Shown one piece after another: positions 1 to 11,266 of a stretch of DNA of 64,000 nt. The first letter of the stretch is position 1, and every line of letters starts with the position of its first letter. The translations under genes and the position numbers were made by a program. The notes beneath the pieces were generated by a model. That model had not been told where the DNA came from. It did no database searches and saw nothing but the letters and a program-made list of their open reading frames with translations. This DNA comes from Rebecca billardiae RCC1528 (lineage: Eukaryota; Protista; Haptophyta), in NCBI GenBank assembly GCA_965240325.2, contig OZ251245.1, positions 1,240,001 to 1,304,000 on the forward strand. The letters are read 5' to 3'.

Positions 1-250
1 CAAGCACTCCACTTCTTACAATTGCGAAACGTCAGGTTTAAAGCATGTACACGCACCCGTGTTCGCCGACGTAGATATCGATCTCGGATTCAGACACACC
101 GAGATAGCGCCGAAAAATGTGGGTGGCGTGAATCGACGTTAAACGCCCTACTTTTACGACCCCGCGCACGACTCTCCTGCTCGGCGTGCGCGCCTCACGG
201 GCGCACCTGCTCACCAGTAGCAGTACATCAGCCTTTTGACAGCAGGCACG

Positions 251-2025
251 ATGATCGGGGATCCCCGCCATCGCGACTCGACGGCGACCGCCGCCTCGTC
301 GGCGGTGCGGGACCGGGTCAGCGTGGCCGGCGGCCCATCGCTCGCCAGCTGGCTCTCCACACTCGGCATTTCGCCGCCCATCGCGCGGCAATACGCCGAG
401 CTCATGCACGCATGCGGTGCGCGCGCGCGCCGTGAGCGCCGCCATACGTCGGAACGGGCATCGTGCGCGCGCCGCGCCGCACGTCCTCCGCATCACACAC
501 GCGGCGCGACGCCCGCCCGCGCCCCGCGCCCTCGTGCGCTCGCTCGGCCCTGGCAGGCCTCGACCCGTGCGCCGCCGTCACCGACGAGTCAGCGCTCGAG
601 GCCGCGGGCGTGAGCGACCCGCTGCACCGTCGTAAGATTGAGCTCACGTCGTGCGAGCTGCAGGGGGTGGCGCCCCCGGCGCGCGCAGACGGCGCATGCC
701 GCAGGCACTCGCGCGATGCCGCGCGTGAGCCCGCGCCACGCCGCGCCCGCGCCGTGCGCGGGCTCTCGGCTTCGCCTCGGCTGCAGCGACCGCTGTCTCT
801 CGCGCACGCGCGCGCCGTCACGCTCGAGCCGTGGACGACCGAGCAGCGGCCGCTCTCGGTGGACGACCTGAACCAGCGGCCGGGCTTCAGCGAGTGCGCG
901 CCCGGCGGGCCCGCGCGCCCCTCCGCCCTCCCACCGCGCCGTGCGCGCGCGCACGCGCGCGCACCCGCGGCTGCCCTGGTCTGTCTGTCGGTCCCGACAC
1001 GCCGCCGGCCGCTCACGCGCCCGCTCCCTCGCGTCTGTCTGCGCGCGCGCTCCGCGTGCCTGCCGTGTGCCGCGTGCGCGCACAGACTCGCGCTGCCCAT
1101 CCTCGCGCGCGTGCACAGACGCCGCTCGAGCGCGCCGGCGCAGAGCAGCCCCTGCGTGCGCGCGCGGTTCGGTCTGAACGACAAGCCGCGCGCGCACCAC
1201 GCCGCGCCGCCCGGCGGCGGCGGCGGCGGCGGCGAGTGCTACTACGAGCTGAGCGGCTGCCGGCTGCAGCCGGGGGGCGCGCTCCTCGCGCACGACGTGC
1301 GCGAGGGGCGGCGCCCGCCCGCCGTGCTGCTCCCCGAGGGCTCGCACGCGTTCGTCTCTGTGCCGGGCGAGCGCGGCATCCGCGTGGCCGCGCACTCGGC
1401 CCCCTTTGGCCTCGCGTCCGGCCACTCGCAGCTGAGCTCGGAGGGGCGCGTGCTCTTCGCGGGCGAGGTGCTGGTCGGCAAGGCCGGCCGGCTGCTCGCC
1501 TGGTCCAACATGAGCGGCACCTACCGCCCGTCGCGCGAGCTCGCCGCGCAGGTCCGGCTGCCCATCGAGCTGCTGTGGAGCGTGCTGGACGCGCGCCAGG
1601 CGCGCGAGCTGCTCGGCGGCCGCGAGCCCACGCCGAGCGCGCTCGACGGCCGGTTCGGCAAGGACAGCTGGGTGCGCGCACAGGGCGCGCACGGCGTGCT
1701 GCTTGTGCGCGACGAGGCGCGCGTGCTCTCCTCGCAGACGACGCCGCCGCCGCCGCCCGAGAGCGCGGTGTGCGCGCGCGCGTGTGCGGGGAGCGAGACC
1801 GAGAGCGAGCGCGCTGCCAGCAGCTCGTCCTCCTCCAGCTGCGACGGCTCAGCCGACTCTCCGACGCCGTCTCGCTCCGCTCGGCCCGTGGAGGCGGAGT
1901 TGTTCGCCGAGCCCTCGTCGGCATCACACAGTCTTCGCAATTCGCGACGATCACTACGCGACGACGACAGCGCGCGATCACGACGTGACGGCGGCCGGCG
2001 GCGGCGTCGTACGTCGTACGGTTGA
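251..2025 (+). CDS. SAM-domain protein with C-terminal Ntox43/IQM-like (putative toxin/nuclease-like) domain; introns 417-556 and probably 894-1085
   Basis: Splicing GT..AG 417-556 joins LASWLSTLGISPPIARQYAELMHAC to GLDPCAAVTDESALEAAGVSDPLHRRKIEL (SAM signature). Later segment GHSQLSSEGRVLFAGEVLVGKAGRLLAWSNMSGTYRP matches the HSxL..G..V..AGE....G.L..(W/I)SN.SG.YRP motif. Confidence 0.65.
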
Positions 2026-2395
2026 TCCGTGCGCCGCGTGATTGCCGGCTTCTTGAGTTCTGTTGACTAGCTTTGCGTCCCAGGAACGGTCGTCGTACGT
2101 AGTGACGAAGTCCTAGTGTCATCACAGGCATGCACAGTCTCAATCGTCAGCAGGTCGTTATCGTCATGTCTTTATTTTATATATATATATATATATATAT
2201 CGATCGCCATAATATCATTATCAGCCCGCCGTCATAGTGCAGCATGACAGATAGTTCATAGTAACGATCAGCCCTGGTAGTGCGGCGCCCTGCGGCCGAT
2301 TCGGCCTGCCGCCCTGCGCCGCCCTGCCATGCTGCCAGTGCCGCTTCCGTGCGCTTTGTCATCGGGCGCGGCCGCGGCGGCCTAGTGAACGGGCA

Positions 2396-2502
2396 CGGCG
2401 CCGGGCCGGCCCCGCGGCCCGCGCGCCCGCGGCGCCGGCCGGGCGCCCCGCGGCGGGCCGGGCCCCGGCGGGCCGGGGCCGCGGCGGGGCCCGGCCGCCG
2501 GC
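2396..2502. repeat. 107-bp tract containing only G and C, rich in GGGCCG/CGGCCC
   Basis: No A or T between 2396 and 2502; flanked by GGCACG motifs. Confidence 0.8.
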
Positions 2503-2788
2503 ACGCAGGCGGCAGCGCCGGCGGCTAACTCAGGCGCGGCGCTTCGCGGCCCGGGCGGCTTCGCCGGCGCGGTAGCCGTAGTGTCGCCGGGCTGATGATG
2601 ACGCGCCTGATCCTGATGCTGCTTATTCAGACGATGATATATTCATCAATAAGTCTATCTAAGTCGGAATTCAATCAGTAGCGCTGGCCGGTTATGGTAG
2701 TATTCGTCGGCTCATCTAAGCCCTGCGTCAGATCAGGATGAAGATTCATATATCATCATCAGGGCCAGGCTGCATCATACTGCAGTCA

Positions 2789-3953
2789 TGTTGAAGCACC
2801 CCGCCCCCATGTCCTTCTGTGGGGGGGGGGTGCACCCTGCTCGAAGGGCTGATGGGCAGCAGGGGGGGGGGGTGCAACCTGCTCAAGCTCAGGCTGGCGG
2901 GCTGCAGGGGGGGGGTTGCTCGCACCCCGATTGAGCAGGCCCATTGGGTGCTGCGGCAGGCGCGCGCCGCGGGCCCGGGCAGGCCGTCGCAGTGCAGGAA
3001 GTGGTCCCAGAGCTCTGCAGAGCGCGCCTGCGGCGCAATGACTGGCCTTCATAGCAGTAGTCTTCATCACCCATCCGCCATCTCATGATATCCGCCTAAG
3101 CGGGGGCCATCGCGCCGAGCGCACCGCGCGTGACTCGTGTCGGCGCGGCCGACCGTGACGTCTACGGACTGCTCGGCCTCGGACGCTCGTCACTCCCGAC
3201 TGGGACTCGGCCGCCGACTGCACGAGCGGCACCCTGCCTAGAGCGGTCGGCGCGTCGCTACTCGCGACGCACCTACTCCGAAGCAGACGCCCCTCGCCGG
3301 CCCGCAAGCTCGGCCACCATGCCACCGCGTGGCGAGCGCAACCGGTTGCGCTCTGGGCTGACCAAGCGCCAGCAACCGGGAGCGGCGCGGACGCCGCGCC
3401 ACCGCGTCCGCCTGCCGTCGCGGTTGGATTGAGCACGGACCGTAGCACGAAGGCACGTGGCGTGCCAGCGCGCTGCCAGCCCACCAGCGCTCTCCGTTGC
3501 ACGTACGCGCACAACGCACGCTTGGCCGGGCGCCGGGGGCCGCGGGGGAATCCAGCGCCGCCATCGTCTCGATCAGACTCAGAGCGCGCGCCTTCGGCTA
3601 CAGTTTACTAGATTTAACGTGCACACTTGGTTAAGGCGTGATTACAGTTTACTATGATTTAACGTGCACACTTGGTTAAGGACAGTATGCTGTCCTCATA
3701 GCTTGCTCATAGAAAGCACGCCAAAAAGGGCCAAAAATTTTCTTCGCCTCGGGACGGCGGGGCCCCGGGGGAGGCCCCCCGGACCCCCCGCTGTGGGTCC
3801 GGGGGCTGGCGCCCCCGGACTTCCGGTGCAGGGGGGGGGGGGGGGGCTACCACCTCGGGGCGCCAGATCTATGCTGGCAGGGGGGGGGGGGGGGGTGCAA
3901 CCTGATCAGACTCAGAAGGCCCCACAGAAGGACACAGTGGCAGGGTTACAACA
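2789..3953. mobile_element. Probable non-autonomous inverted-repeat element (MITE-like; solo-LTR origin not excluded)
   Basis: Ends TGTTG...CAACA; subterminal perfect IR TGTCCTTCTGTGGGG (2810-2824) / CCCCACAGAAGGACA (3920-3934); recurring poly-G + TGCA(A/C)CCTG units near both ends; internal ~43-bp tandem duplication at ~3599-3681; no TSD found. Confidence 0.5.
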
Positions 3954-4177
3954 TCGGACTAATTCTGATATGATTTAAAGACACAGGCACGAGGGCGCAG
4001 CCCTCCTGATTCGTCTGTAGTGGTACTGGAACTGGTCGAAGCTTGCAGCAGTGGCAGTGGTGTGAGCACGTTGATGTTGGTCCGCATGGCGGATGTCGTT
4101 GACGTTGTTGTCGTCGTCCGGACGCGGTCGTCAGGCCCACCAGGAAGTGCATGGTGCAGTAACTATATTATATATAA

Positions 4178-6222
4178 TGTTGAGCTGACGAGGCCAGGGG
4201 CGCGCATCTCAGCAGATGGCGTCGCCGGCGGTGAGTCAGGGCCGGTGCTGCAGCAGGCAGACCGGCGGCGCAGCTGCTGCAGAGCAGCAGTGCGGATGAA
4301 CTGGCACAGTCTGGGGCACGCATCTCAGCAGATGGCGTTGCCGCTGGGGTGTCAGGGCTGGCGCCGCATCAGGCGGGCCGGCGGCAGCAGCTGCTGCGGA
4401 GCAGTGGCTGGCAGCGCGCGCGTCCAGGACGCGCGCGGCAGCAGACGCGCGAGCGCGGAGCAGCGCGGGCGCAGCGGCGCGGGCGCGGAGCAGCGCGGGC
4501 GCAGCGGCGCGGGAGCGCGGAGCAGCGCGGAGCAGCGCGGAGCAGCGCGGAGCGCGCGGAGCAGCGCGGAGCAGCGCGGAGCAGCGCGGAGCAGCGCGGA
4601 GCAGCGCGGAGCAGCGCGGAGCGCGCGGAGCAGCGCGGAGCAGCGCGGAGCAGCGCGGAGCAGCGCGGAGCAGCGCGGAGCAGCGCGGAGCAGCGCGGAG
4701 CAGCGCGGAGCAGCGCGGAGCAGCGCGGAGCAGCGCGGAGCAGCGCGGAGCAGCGCGGAGCAGCGCGGAGCAGCGCGGAGCAGCGCGGAGCAGCGCGGAG
4801 CAGCGCGGAGCAGCGCGGAGCAGCGCGGAGCAGCGCGGAGCAGCGCGGAGCAGCGCGGAGCAGCGCGGAGCAGCGCGGAGCAGCGCGGAGCAGCGCGGAG
4901 CAGCGCGGAGCAGCGCGGAGCAGCGCGGAGCAGCGCGGAGCAGCGCGGAGCAGCGCGGAGCAGCGCGGAGCAGCGCGGAGCAGCGCGGAGCAGCGCGGAG
5001 CAGCGCGGAGCAGCGCGGAGCAGCGCGGAGCAGCGCGGAGCAGCGCGGAGCAGCGCGGAGCAGCGCGGAGCAGCGCGGAGCAGCGCGGAGCAGCGCGGAG
5101 CAGCGCGGAGCAGCGCGGAGCAGCGCGGAGCAGCGCGGAGCAGCGCGGAGCAGCGCGGAGCAGCGCGGAGCAGCGCGGAGCAGCGCGGAGCAGCGCGGAG
5201 CAGCGCGGAGCAGCGCGGAGCAGCGCGGAGCAGCGCGGAGCAGCGCGGAGCAGCGCGGAGCAGCGCGGAGCAGCGCGGAGCAGCGCGGAGCAGCGCGGAG
5301 CAGCGCGGAGCAGCGCGGAGCAGCGCGGAGCAGCGCGGAGCAGCGCGGAGCAGCGCGGAGCAGCGCGGAGCAGCGCGGAGCAGCGCGGAGCAGCGCGGAG
5401 CAGCGCGGAGCAGCGCGGAGCAGCGCGGAGCAGCGCGGAGCAGCGCGGAGCAGCGCGGAGCAGCGCGGAGCAGCGCGGAGCAGCGCGGAGCAGCGCGGAG
5501 CAGCGCGGAGCAGCGCGGAGCAGCGCGGAGCAGCGCGGAGCAGCGCGGAGCAGCGCGGAGCAGCGCGGAGCAGCGCGGAGCAGCGCGGAGCAGCGCGGAG
5601 CAGCGCGGAGCAGCGCGGAGCAGCGCGGAGCAGCGCGGAGCAGCGCGGAGCAGCGCGGAGCAGCGCGGAGCAGCGCGGAGCAGCGCGGAGCAGCGCGGAG
5701 CAGCGCGGAGCAGCGCGGAGCAGCGCGGAGCAGCGCGGAGCAGCGCGGAGCAGCGCGGAGCAGCGCGGAGCAGCGCGGAGCAGCGCGGAGCAGCGCGGAG
5801 CAGCGCGGAGCAGCGCGGAGCAGCGCGGAGCAGCGCGGAGCAGCGCGGAGCAGCGCGGGCGTCATGCTGGTACACTGGATTTGTCCAAGGAAAGCAGGTG
5901 AGCAGCACCGGACATGGACGAGAAGCAGTGGTACAAAGTTGAGCGGCAACAGGACGGACGGTGCGATCGCCGATTGGCTGATCGCGGCAAAATCTGGGTA
6001 AGTCGGCACGGCGATGATACTACCGCCCCGAGCCCAGGAGCGATCGGAGCTCGATCGCTGTTTTGGCCCGGCGCAAGAGCGCCGGAAATAAGGGCCAGGT
6101 TCAGAGGCTTGAGAGCTGATGAGATCGCGAGGCATGTGATCCTCGCGGTGGCGTCCGTCCTGTCGTGCGCGGTGAGCTTTTAGCAGGGCTCGAGACGCTC
6201 GGAGCTTGCGGTAATCCCAATA
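4178..6222 (+). repeat. 5' LTR (2045 bp)
   Basis: Matches 9333-10356 apart from the satellite region. Confidence 0.92.
4514..5857. repeat. 10-bp tandem array (CAGCGCGGAG)n, about 130 units, inside the 5' LTR
   Basis: Directly visible; nearly perfect, with a few 7-bp variant units near the start. Confidence 0.97.
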
Positions 6223-7756
6223 TGCGCGCAGCAACCCCAGGGAGGGAGTTGTCCGCACTGTCCTTTCTCATCGATTGGGCTGATGGGCACGAGCGGCCGC
6301 GGTTGCAGGATGGGCGGAACGAGGAACTCTGGCGTCGCATGGAATGCAGCAGAGGTTCCTGGCCGAGAGCGCGGGCAAACTGGCGACGCTCTCGATGGGG
6401 CATGGCGCTACGATGCCAGGGATCATCGGCATCATCTCCGCGCATGGCCCGGACGCGGAACTTCGCGTCGATTGGGAGGAACAGTACCTGTCGGTGATGA
6501 GCCCGACACGACAGCCTCCCGGAAGCTCACGATTGGATCTGAGCGGATGCAGCTGGTGCAGGAGAACTACTGCGTGCAGCGGCGGATGACTGAGCAGCGC
6601 TACTGGCACGATCGGCGCGAGCACGCACCCCGAGCGCCGGGTGGCTGCACGGCAGCTGACGGCGGCGACGGCGGGCTCGGCGATCTACTCGGAGGGGCTG
6701 GCTCATCAACCTGTCCGGTGGTCTAGGGCACCGGATGGCGGCTGGCAGCTGGACTGGGTTTTGCGGTCCGGCTGGCACGGCTGGCACGACCGGACTGGAC
6801 ACAGGTCCGGCGGTTGGCACACCCGGATCTATCGGAATCGTCCGGGTGGAATCTGGCGACACGAGCGCCGTTACGGCGGCGGGCAGTGCTTGGCACTGGT
6901 CCTACGCCGGCAGCTGACGCGAGGCGCAGCTGGCAGTGCCACCGAGATGGCGGCGCTGGCGCGACTGTTGAGTCGCGGGAATCGCGCGCGCGCGAGGCGC
7001 GAGCGCGGGATCATGACGGGGCGGCGCAGCGGTGCCGAGACTACGTCTGCAGCTGACGCGAGGCGCAGCTGGCAGTGCCGCCGAGACGGCGGCGCTGGCG
7101 CGATCTTTGAGTCGCGGTATCCGCGCGCGCGCAAGGCGCGAGTGCGGGGTGACGGCGGGGCAGTGCATGGCACTCGGCCCACGCCGGGAGGTTCAGCTCG
7201 ATTCCATGCTGCGGGCCGAGATCATTCGGCGGCAGGTGGGGACCCGACGCTGAGGCGTCGGAAGCACACGCACGGCGCAGGACGCCGGTGCGGCGTGTGT
7301 GCGCGCAGCAGCGCGCGGCAGTGGCTCGGCGGCGCTGGGCGCACCGAACCAGGTGGTCGTACGCCCGGTGGTGGCGGCGGCACCCACACGTCCACGCACG
7401 AAGCTCATCGCCTGGCTCAGGCGGCGGTGGCGACGGCGGGGATCGTGGCGGCGGCCAAGACGGCGGAGAGATACCGACTGGCTGCGAGGGCGGAGGAGGC
7501 AGCGGCGGCGGCGATCAGCGCGCGCCGCGCGCGGAGCAGCTCCGTGGCTTCAACGTACTCTGGTACGTATGTCGTGTAGACGACGGACGTCTCTTCACTT
7601 GCGTGACGTACGCATCGACGAGACCGACCTGGTCGAGGGGGGGCACTCGTCGCTGGGCGCACCTGACGGTGGCGCGTACGTGGGTGATGGTGACGGCGCC
7701 GCGGTAAGCGGCGGACATCGTCCGGTCGGCGGTGACGCCGACGGTGAGGACGAGGA

Positions 7757-8660
7757 CGGCGACGGCGGCGAGCAGCCAGCCGACGCCGGGAATGACGACG
7801 CGACAGAGTTCGACGTCGGGTACGACGACGACGCAGATGCGTCAACGTCGGGGCGCGGGCGCAGCAGCGTGGACGCGGGACAGCGCGGGTGCAGCAGCGC
7901 GGGCGCGGATGACGGCGACGGCGGCGAGCAGCCAGCCGACGCCGGGAATGACGACGCGACAGAGTTCGACGTCGGGTACGACGACGACGCAGATGCGTCA
8001 ACGTCGGGGCGCGGGCGCAGCAGCGTGGACGCGGGACAGCGCGGGTGCAGCAGCGCGGGCGCACAGCCGTCGACGCCGACGCCGCAGGGCGGGCGTGGCG
8101 GGACAGGCGCGTCGATGACGCAGCCGGGTCGGCAGGGTCAGATACCGCCGGCGGAATCACGGCGCGGGGCCGCAGCAGATGCTGGCGGGCCGCCGCGCGG
8201 CGCAGGACGATGACGGCGACGGCGGCGAGCCGCCGGCCGACGCCGGTGACGACGACGCGACGGAGTTCGACGTCAGGAACGACGGCGACGCAGATGCGTC
8301 GGCGTCGGCGCGCGAGCGCGGCAGCGCGGACGCGGAACAGCGCGCGGGCGCGGCAGCGCGGGCGCGGAACAGCGCGCGGGCGCAGCAGCGCGGGCGCGGA
8401 ACAGCGCGCGAGCGCAGCAGCGCGGGCGCGGAGCGCGCAGGCGCGGCAGCGCAGGTGCGGAACAGCGCACGGGCGCGGCAGCGCAGGCGCGGAACAGCGC
8501 GCGGACGCAGCAGCGCGTGCGCACAGCCGTCGACGCCGACGCCGCAGGGCGGGCGTGGCGGAGCAGGCGCGTCAGCGACACAGCCTGGGTCGGCAGGGTC
8601 GGATCCCGCCGACGGAATCCCGGCGCGGGGCCGCAGCAGATGCTGGCGGGCCGCCGCGTA
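7757..8660 (+). repeat. Internal duplications of the LTR element (two ~153-bp tandem copies plus diverged copies)
   Basis: GACGGCGACGGCGGCGAGCAGCCAGCCGACGCCGGGAATGACGAC unit at ~7755 and ~7910, diverged at ~8212; ~8061-8200 resembles ~8521-8660. Confidence 0.85.
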
Positions 8661-9026
8661 GCACAGGTGCGCGGGCGCAGCAGCGCGGGCGCGGGTCAGC
8701 GCGGGCGCAGCAGCGCGGGCGCACGGGCGCACAGCCGCCGATGCCGCAGGCCGGCGATCGGGGCGGTGCGGGCGCGCCATGGGCGCAGTCGCACTGGTGG
8801 TATGAGATACCACCGGCGCAACTTTGGCGCGGGACCGCCGCGCAGATGCGGGCGGGTTGCCGCGGGTCGCAGAGGCGATCGATGGCGGGCTCGAGCGATT
8901 CGGCACGAACGCGAGCACGCGGATACGGCTGCCAGAGGCAGCGGCGCGCGCGAGGCTGACCGACGCGGACAAGGCGTTGGTCCAGCGCGCGGAGATTGAC
9001 GAGCTCGACGACTTGCTCACTTTGGG

Positions 9027-9265
9027 TGACTCTGTTTGGTCTAACAACCCAGGGGAATCCGGGTGGAGGTCGACGGGTGGCTGCATCATTGTCTTCTACA
9101 ATGGATCGCCGGTGTCGTGGCACAGCAGCGGGCTGCAGGTTATGGCCCAGCTGAGCTCGACGGAGGCGGAGTACGTGGCGTGAGGTCAATGTACCACGCC
9201 GACATCATGACGAAGGCGACGGACGACGCTGCTACGTTTGAGTGGCACGTCGACGCCATCATGGT
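9027..9265 (+). pseudogene. Copia-type RNase H remnant
   Basis: DSVWSNNPGESGWRSTGGCIIVFYNGSPVSWHSSGLQVMAQLSSTEAEYVA* then YHADIMTK; matches Copia D.DW...RRSTSG...ISW.S..Q..VA.SSTEAEY.A and ADIxTK motifs, with the middle deleted. Confidence 0.88.
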
Positions 9266-9332
9266 GTGCGACACCCGACGCGCGCGCGATGAGCGGCGCT
9301 ACTCGCTCGCGGCTATGGCTGTCGAGGGGGGG

Positions 9333-10356
9333 TGTTGAGCTGACGAGGCCAGGGGCGCGCATCTCAGCAGATGGCGTCGCCGGCGGTGAGTCAGGGCCGG
9401 TGCTGCAGCAGGCAGACCGGCGGCGCAGCTGCTGCAGAGCAGCAGTGCGGATGAACTGGCACAGTCTGGGGCACGCATCTCAGCAGATGGCGTTGCCGCT
9501 GGGGTGTCAGGGCTGGCGCCGCATCAGGCGGGCCGGCGGCAGCAGCTGCTGCGGAGCAGTGGCTGGCAGCGCGCGCGTCCAGGACGCGCGCGGCAGCAGA
9601 CGCGCGAGCGCGGAGCAGCGCGGGCGCAGCGGCGCGGGCGCGGAGCAGCGCGGGCGCAGCGGCGCGGGAGCGCGGAGCAGCGCGGGGCGCGCGGAGCAGC
9701 GCGGAGCGCGCGGAGCAGCGCGGAGCAGCGCGGAGCAGCGCGGAGCAGCGCGGAGCGCGCGGAGCAGCGCGGAGCAGCGCGGAGCAGCGCGGAGCAGCGC
9801 GGAGCAGCGCGGAGCAGCGCGGAGCAGCGCGGAGCAGCGCGGAGCAGCGCGGAGCAGCGCGGAGCAGCGCGGAGCAGCGCGGAGCAGCGCGGAGCAGCGC
9901 GGAGCAGCGCGGAGCAGCGCGGAGCAGCGCGGAGCAGCGCGGAGCAGCGCGGAGCAGCGCGGAGCAGCGCGGAGCAGCGCGGAGCAGCGCGGGCGTCATG
10001 CTGGTACACTGGATTTGTCCAAGGAAAGCAGGTGAGCAGCACCGGACATGGACGAGAAGCAGTGGTACAAAGTTGAGCGGCAACAGGACGGACGGTGCGA
10101 TCGCCGATTGGCTGATCGCGGCAAAATCTGGGTAAGTCGGCACGGCGATGATACTACCGCCCCGAGCCCAGGAGCGATCGGAGCTCGATCGCTGTTTTGG
10201 CCCGGCGCAAGAGCGCCGGAAATAAGGGCCAGGTTCAGAGGCTTGAGAGCTGATGAGATCGCGAGGCATGTGATCCTCGCGGTGGCGTCCGTCCTGTCGT
10301 GCGCGGTGAGCTTTTAGCAGGGCTCGAGACGCTCGGAGCTTGCGGTAATCCCAATA
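9333..10356 (+). repeat. 3' LTR (1024 bp) containing about 30 units of the same 10-bp satellite (~9668-9991)
   Basis: Same sequence as the 5' LTR; preceded by the PPT, followed by the TSD. Confidence 0.92.
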
Positions 10357-10875
10357 TATAATAATTCTAAAGACGACGCGTTAGCCGCGGTAGCGTATGT
10401 AGTTATAGTACGATCGACCGCGCCGTTATCGGATATCCCACTGCGATCCTATCCCATAGGATTCAATCCTATGGCATAGGATGGCCCCAGGGACGACTCG
10501 CTGCGTTTTTTGTCGGGCCTGGGCCGCAACCCGCGAACAATTCACGCTTTTTTTCGCGATGCCCGCGGTTCTGCCTTCCCATTGGTCGGTCGATGGATCA
10601 TCTCAACTTCTCCCGGGACAAAGTGAGACATATTATCTCAATAGCATCTTTATGAATCTTTGGAATCAAAGTTGAAAGAGCCAATCGTCATCCCGAAAGG
10701 CACGATGATGCCGATTCGGCCTAGCTGCAATCTTGTTAGCATCTCGGCCACTGTTCGCTGGATTTGTGCGGGTTTCTCAGCGGTCGAAGGGGTCTCAAGC
10801 AAAGTTGAAGGCTTGCGGGAGCGGAAAACTAGGAGACCGCGGCGAAGTGGCGACAGCTTGCGAAGGGCGTCCACG

Positions 10876-11040
10876 ATGGGCCATACGGCTTACTGTGCAA
10901 GGCAACTCGTGCGGGATCGGGCGCGTACGGCGACGTTTGCATGGTCGTCAATGCGCAGGGTGGGCGGCCTGCGGTGAAACTCACACGACGCCCGACCGCT
11001 GGCAACCACACCGCCGTCAGGCCGAGCTTGGCCGCACCCC
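10876..11040 (+). pseudogene. Protein kinase N-lobe fragment (subdomains I-II)
   Basis: GSGAYGDVCMVVNAQGGRPAVKL = GxGxYGxV...AVK; frameshifted relative to the upstream ATG; no catalytic loop seen. Confidence 0.65.
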
Positions 11041-11074
11041 GCGTGCGGCGTGGACCGGCCGCCGAGTGGCTTGC

Positions 11075-11266
11075 GGCCCGCTCAGCACGTACGTCGTCTC
11101 ACGCATCGGGCCGAAGCAGAAGCGGCGGTACATGAAGCTGGCAGACTCGGTCATGGAGTGCTTGTCGGTGCCGTCGAACGTCCACCCACCGACGTCCGTG
11201 CCGATGCCAAACTCCTTCTGCTGGCATCCGAGGCACTCGATGATCACGCCCTTCGCCTTCGGCTTG
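11075..11266 (-). pseudogene. Captured exon-like fragment, phospholipid scramblase-like
   Basis: KGVIIECLGCQQKEFGIG...MTESASFMYRRFCFGPMRETTY with host-like GC3; resembles scramblase E.S....R.CCGP.R.F; absent from the homologous 12860-13190 copy. Confidence 0.4.

Larger units (their letters stand above)
4178..10356 (+). mobile_element. Non-autonomous Ty1/Copia-derived LTR retrotransposon
   Basis: Two near-identical LTRs (4178-6222, 9333-10356) starting TGTTG and ending CAATA; 5-bp TSD TATAA (4173-4177, 10357-10361); polypurine tract GAGGGGGGG just before the 3' LTR; Copia RNase H remnants. Confidence 0.92.

Noticed and set aside
4514-5857. CRISPR array or telomeric repeat
   Set aside because: No spacers, eukaryotic context, not a TTAGGG-type unit, and internal to an LTR.
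4020-6258. Long ORFs of (SSAEQRGAAR)n / (CSALLRAAPR)n, also at 9238-10269
   Set aside because: Artefact of a stop-free 10-bp satellite open in nearly all frames; it lies inside the LTRs.
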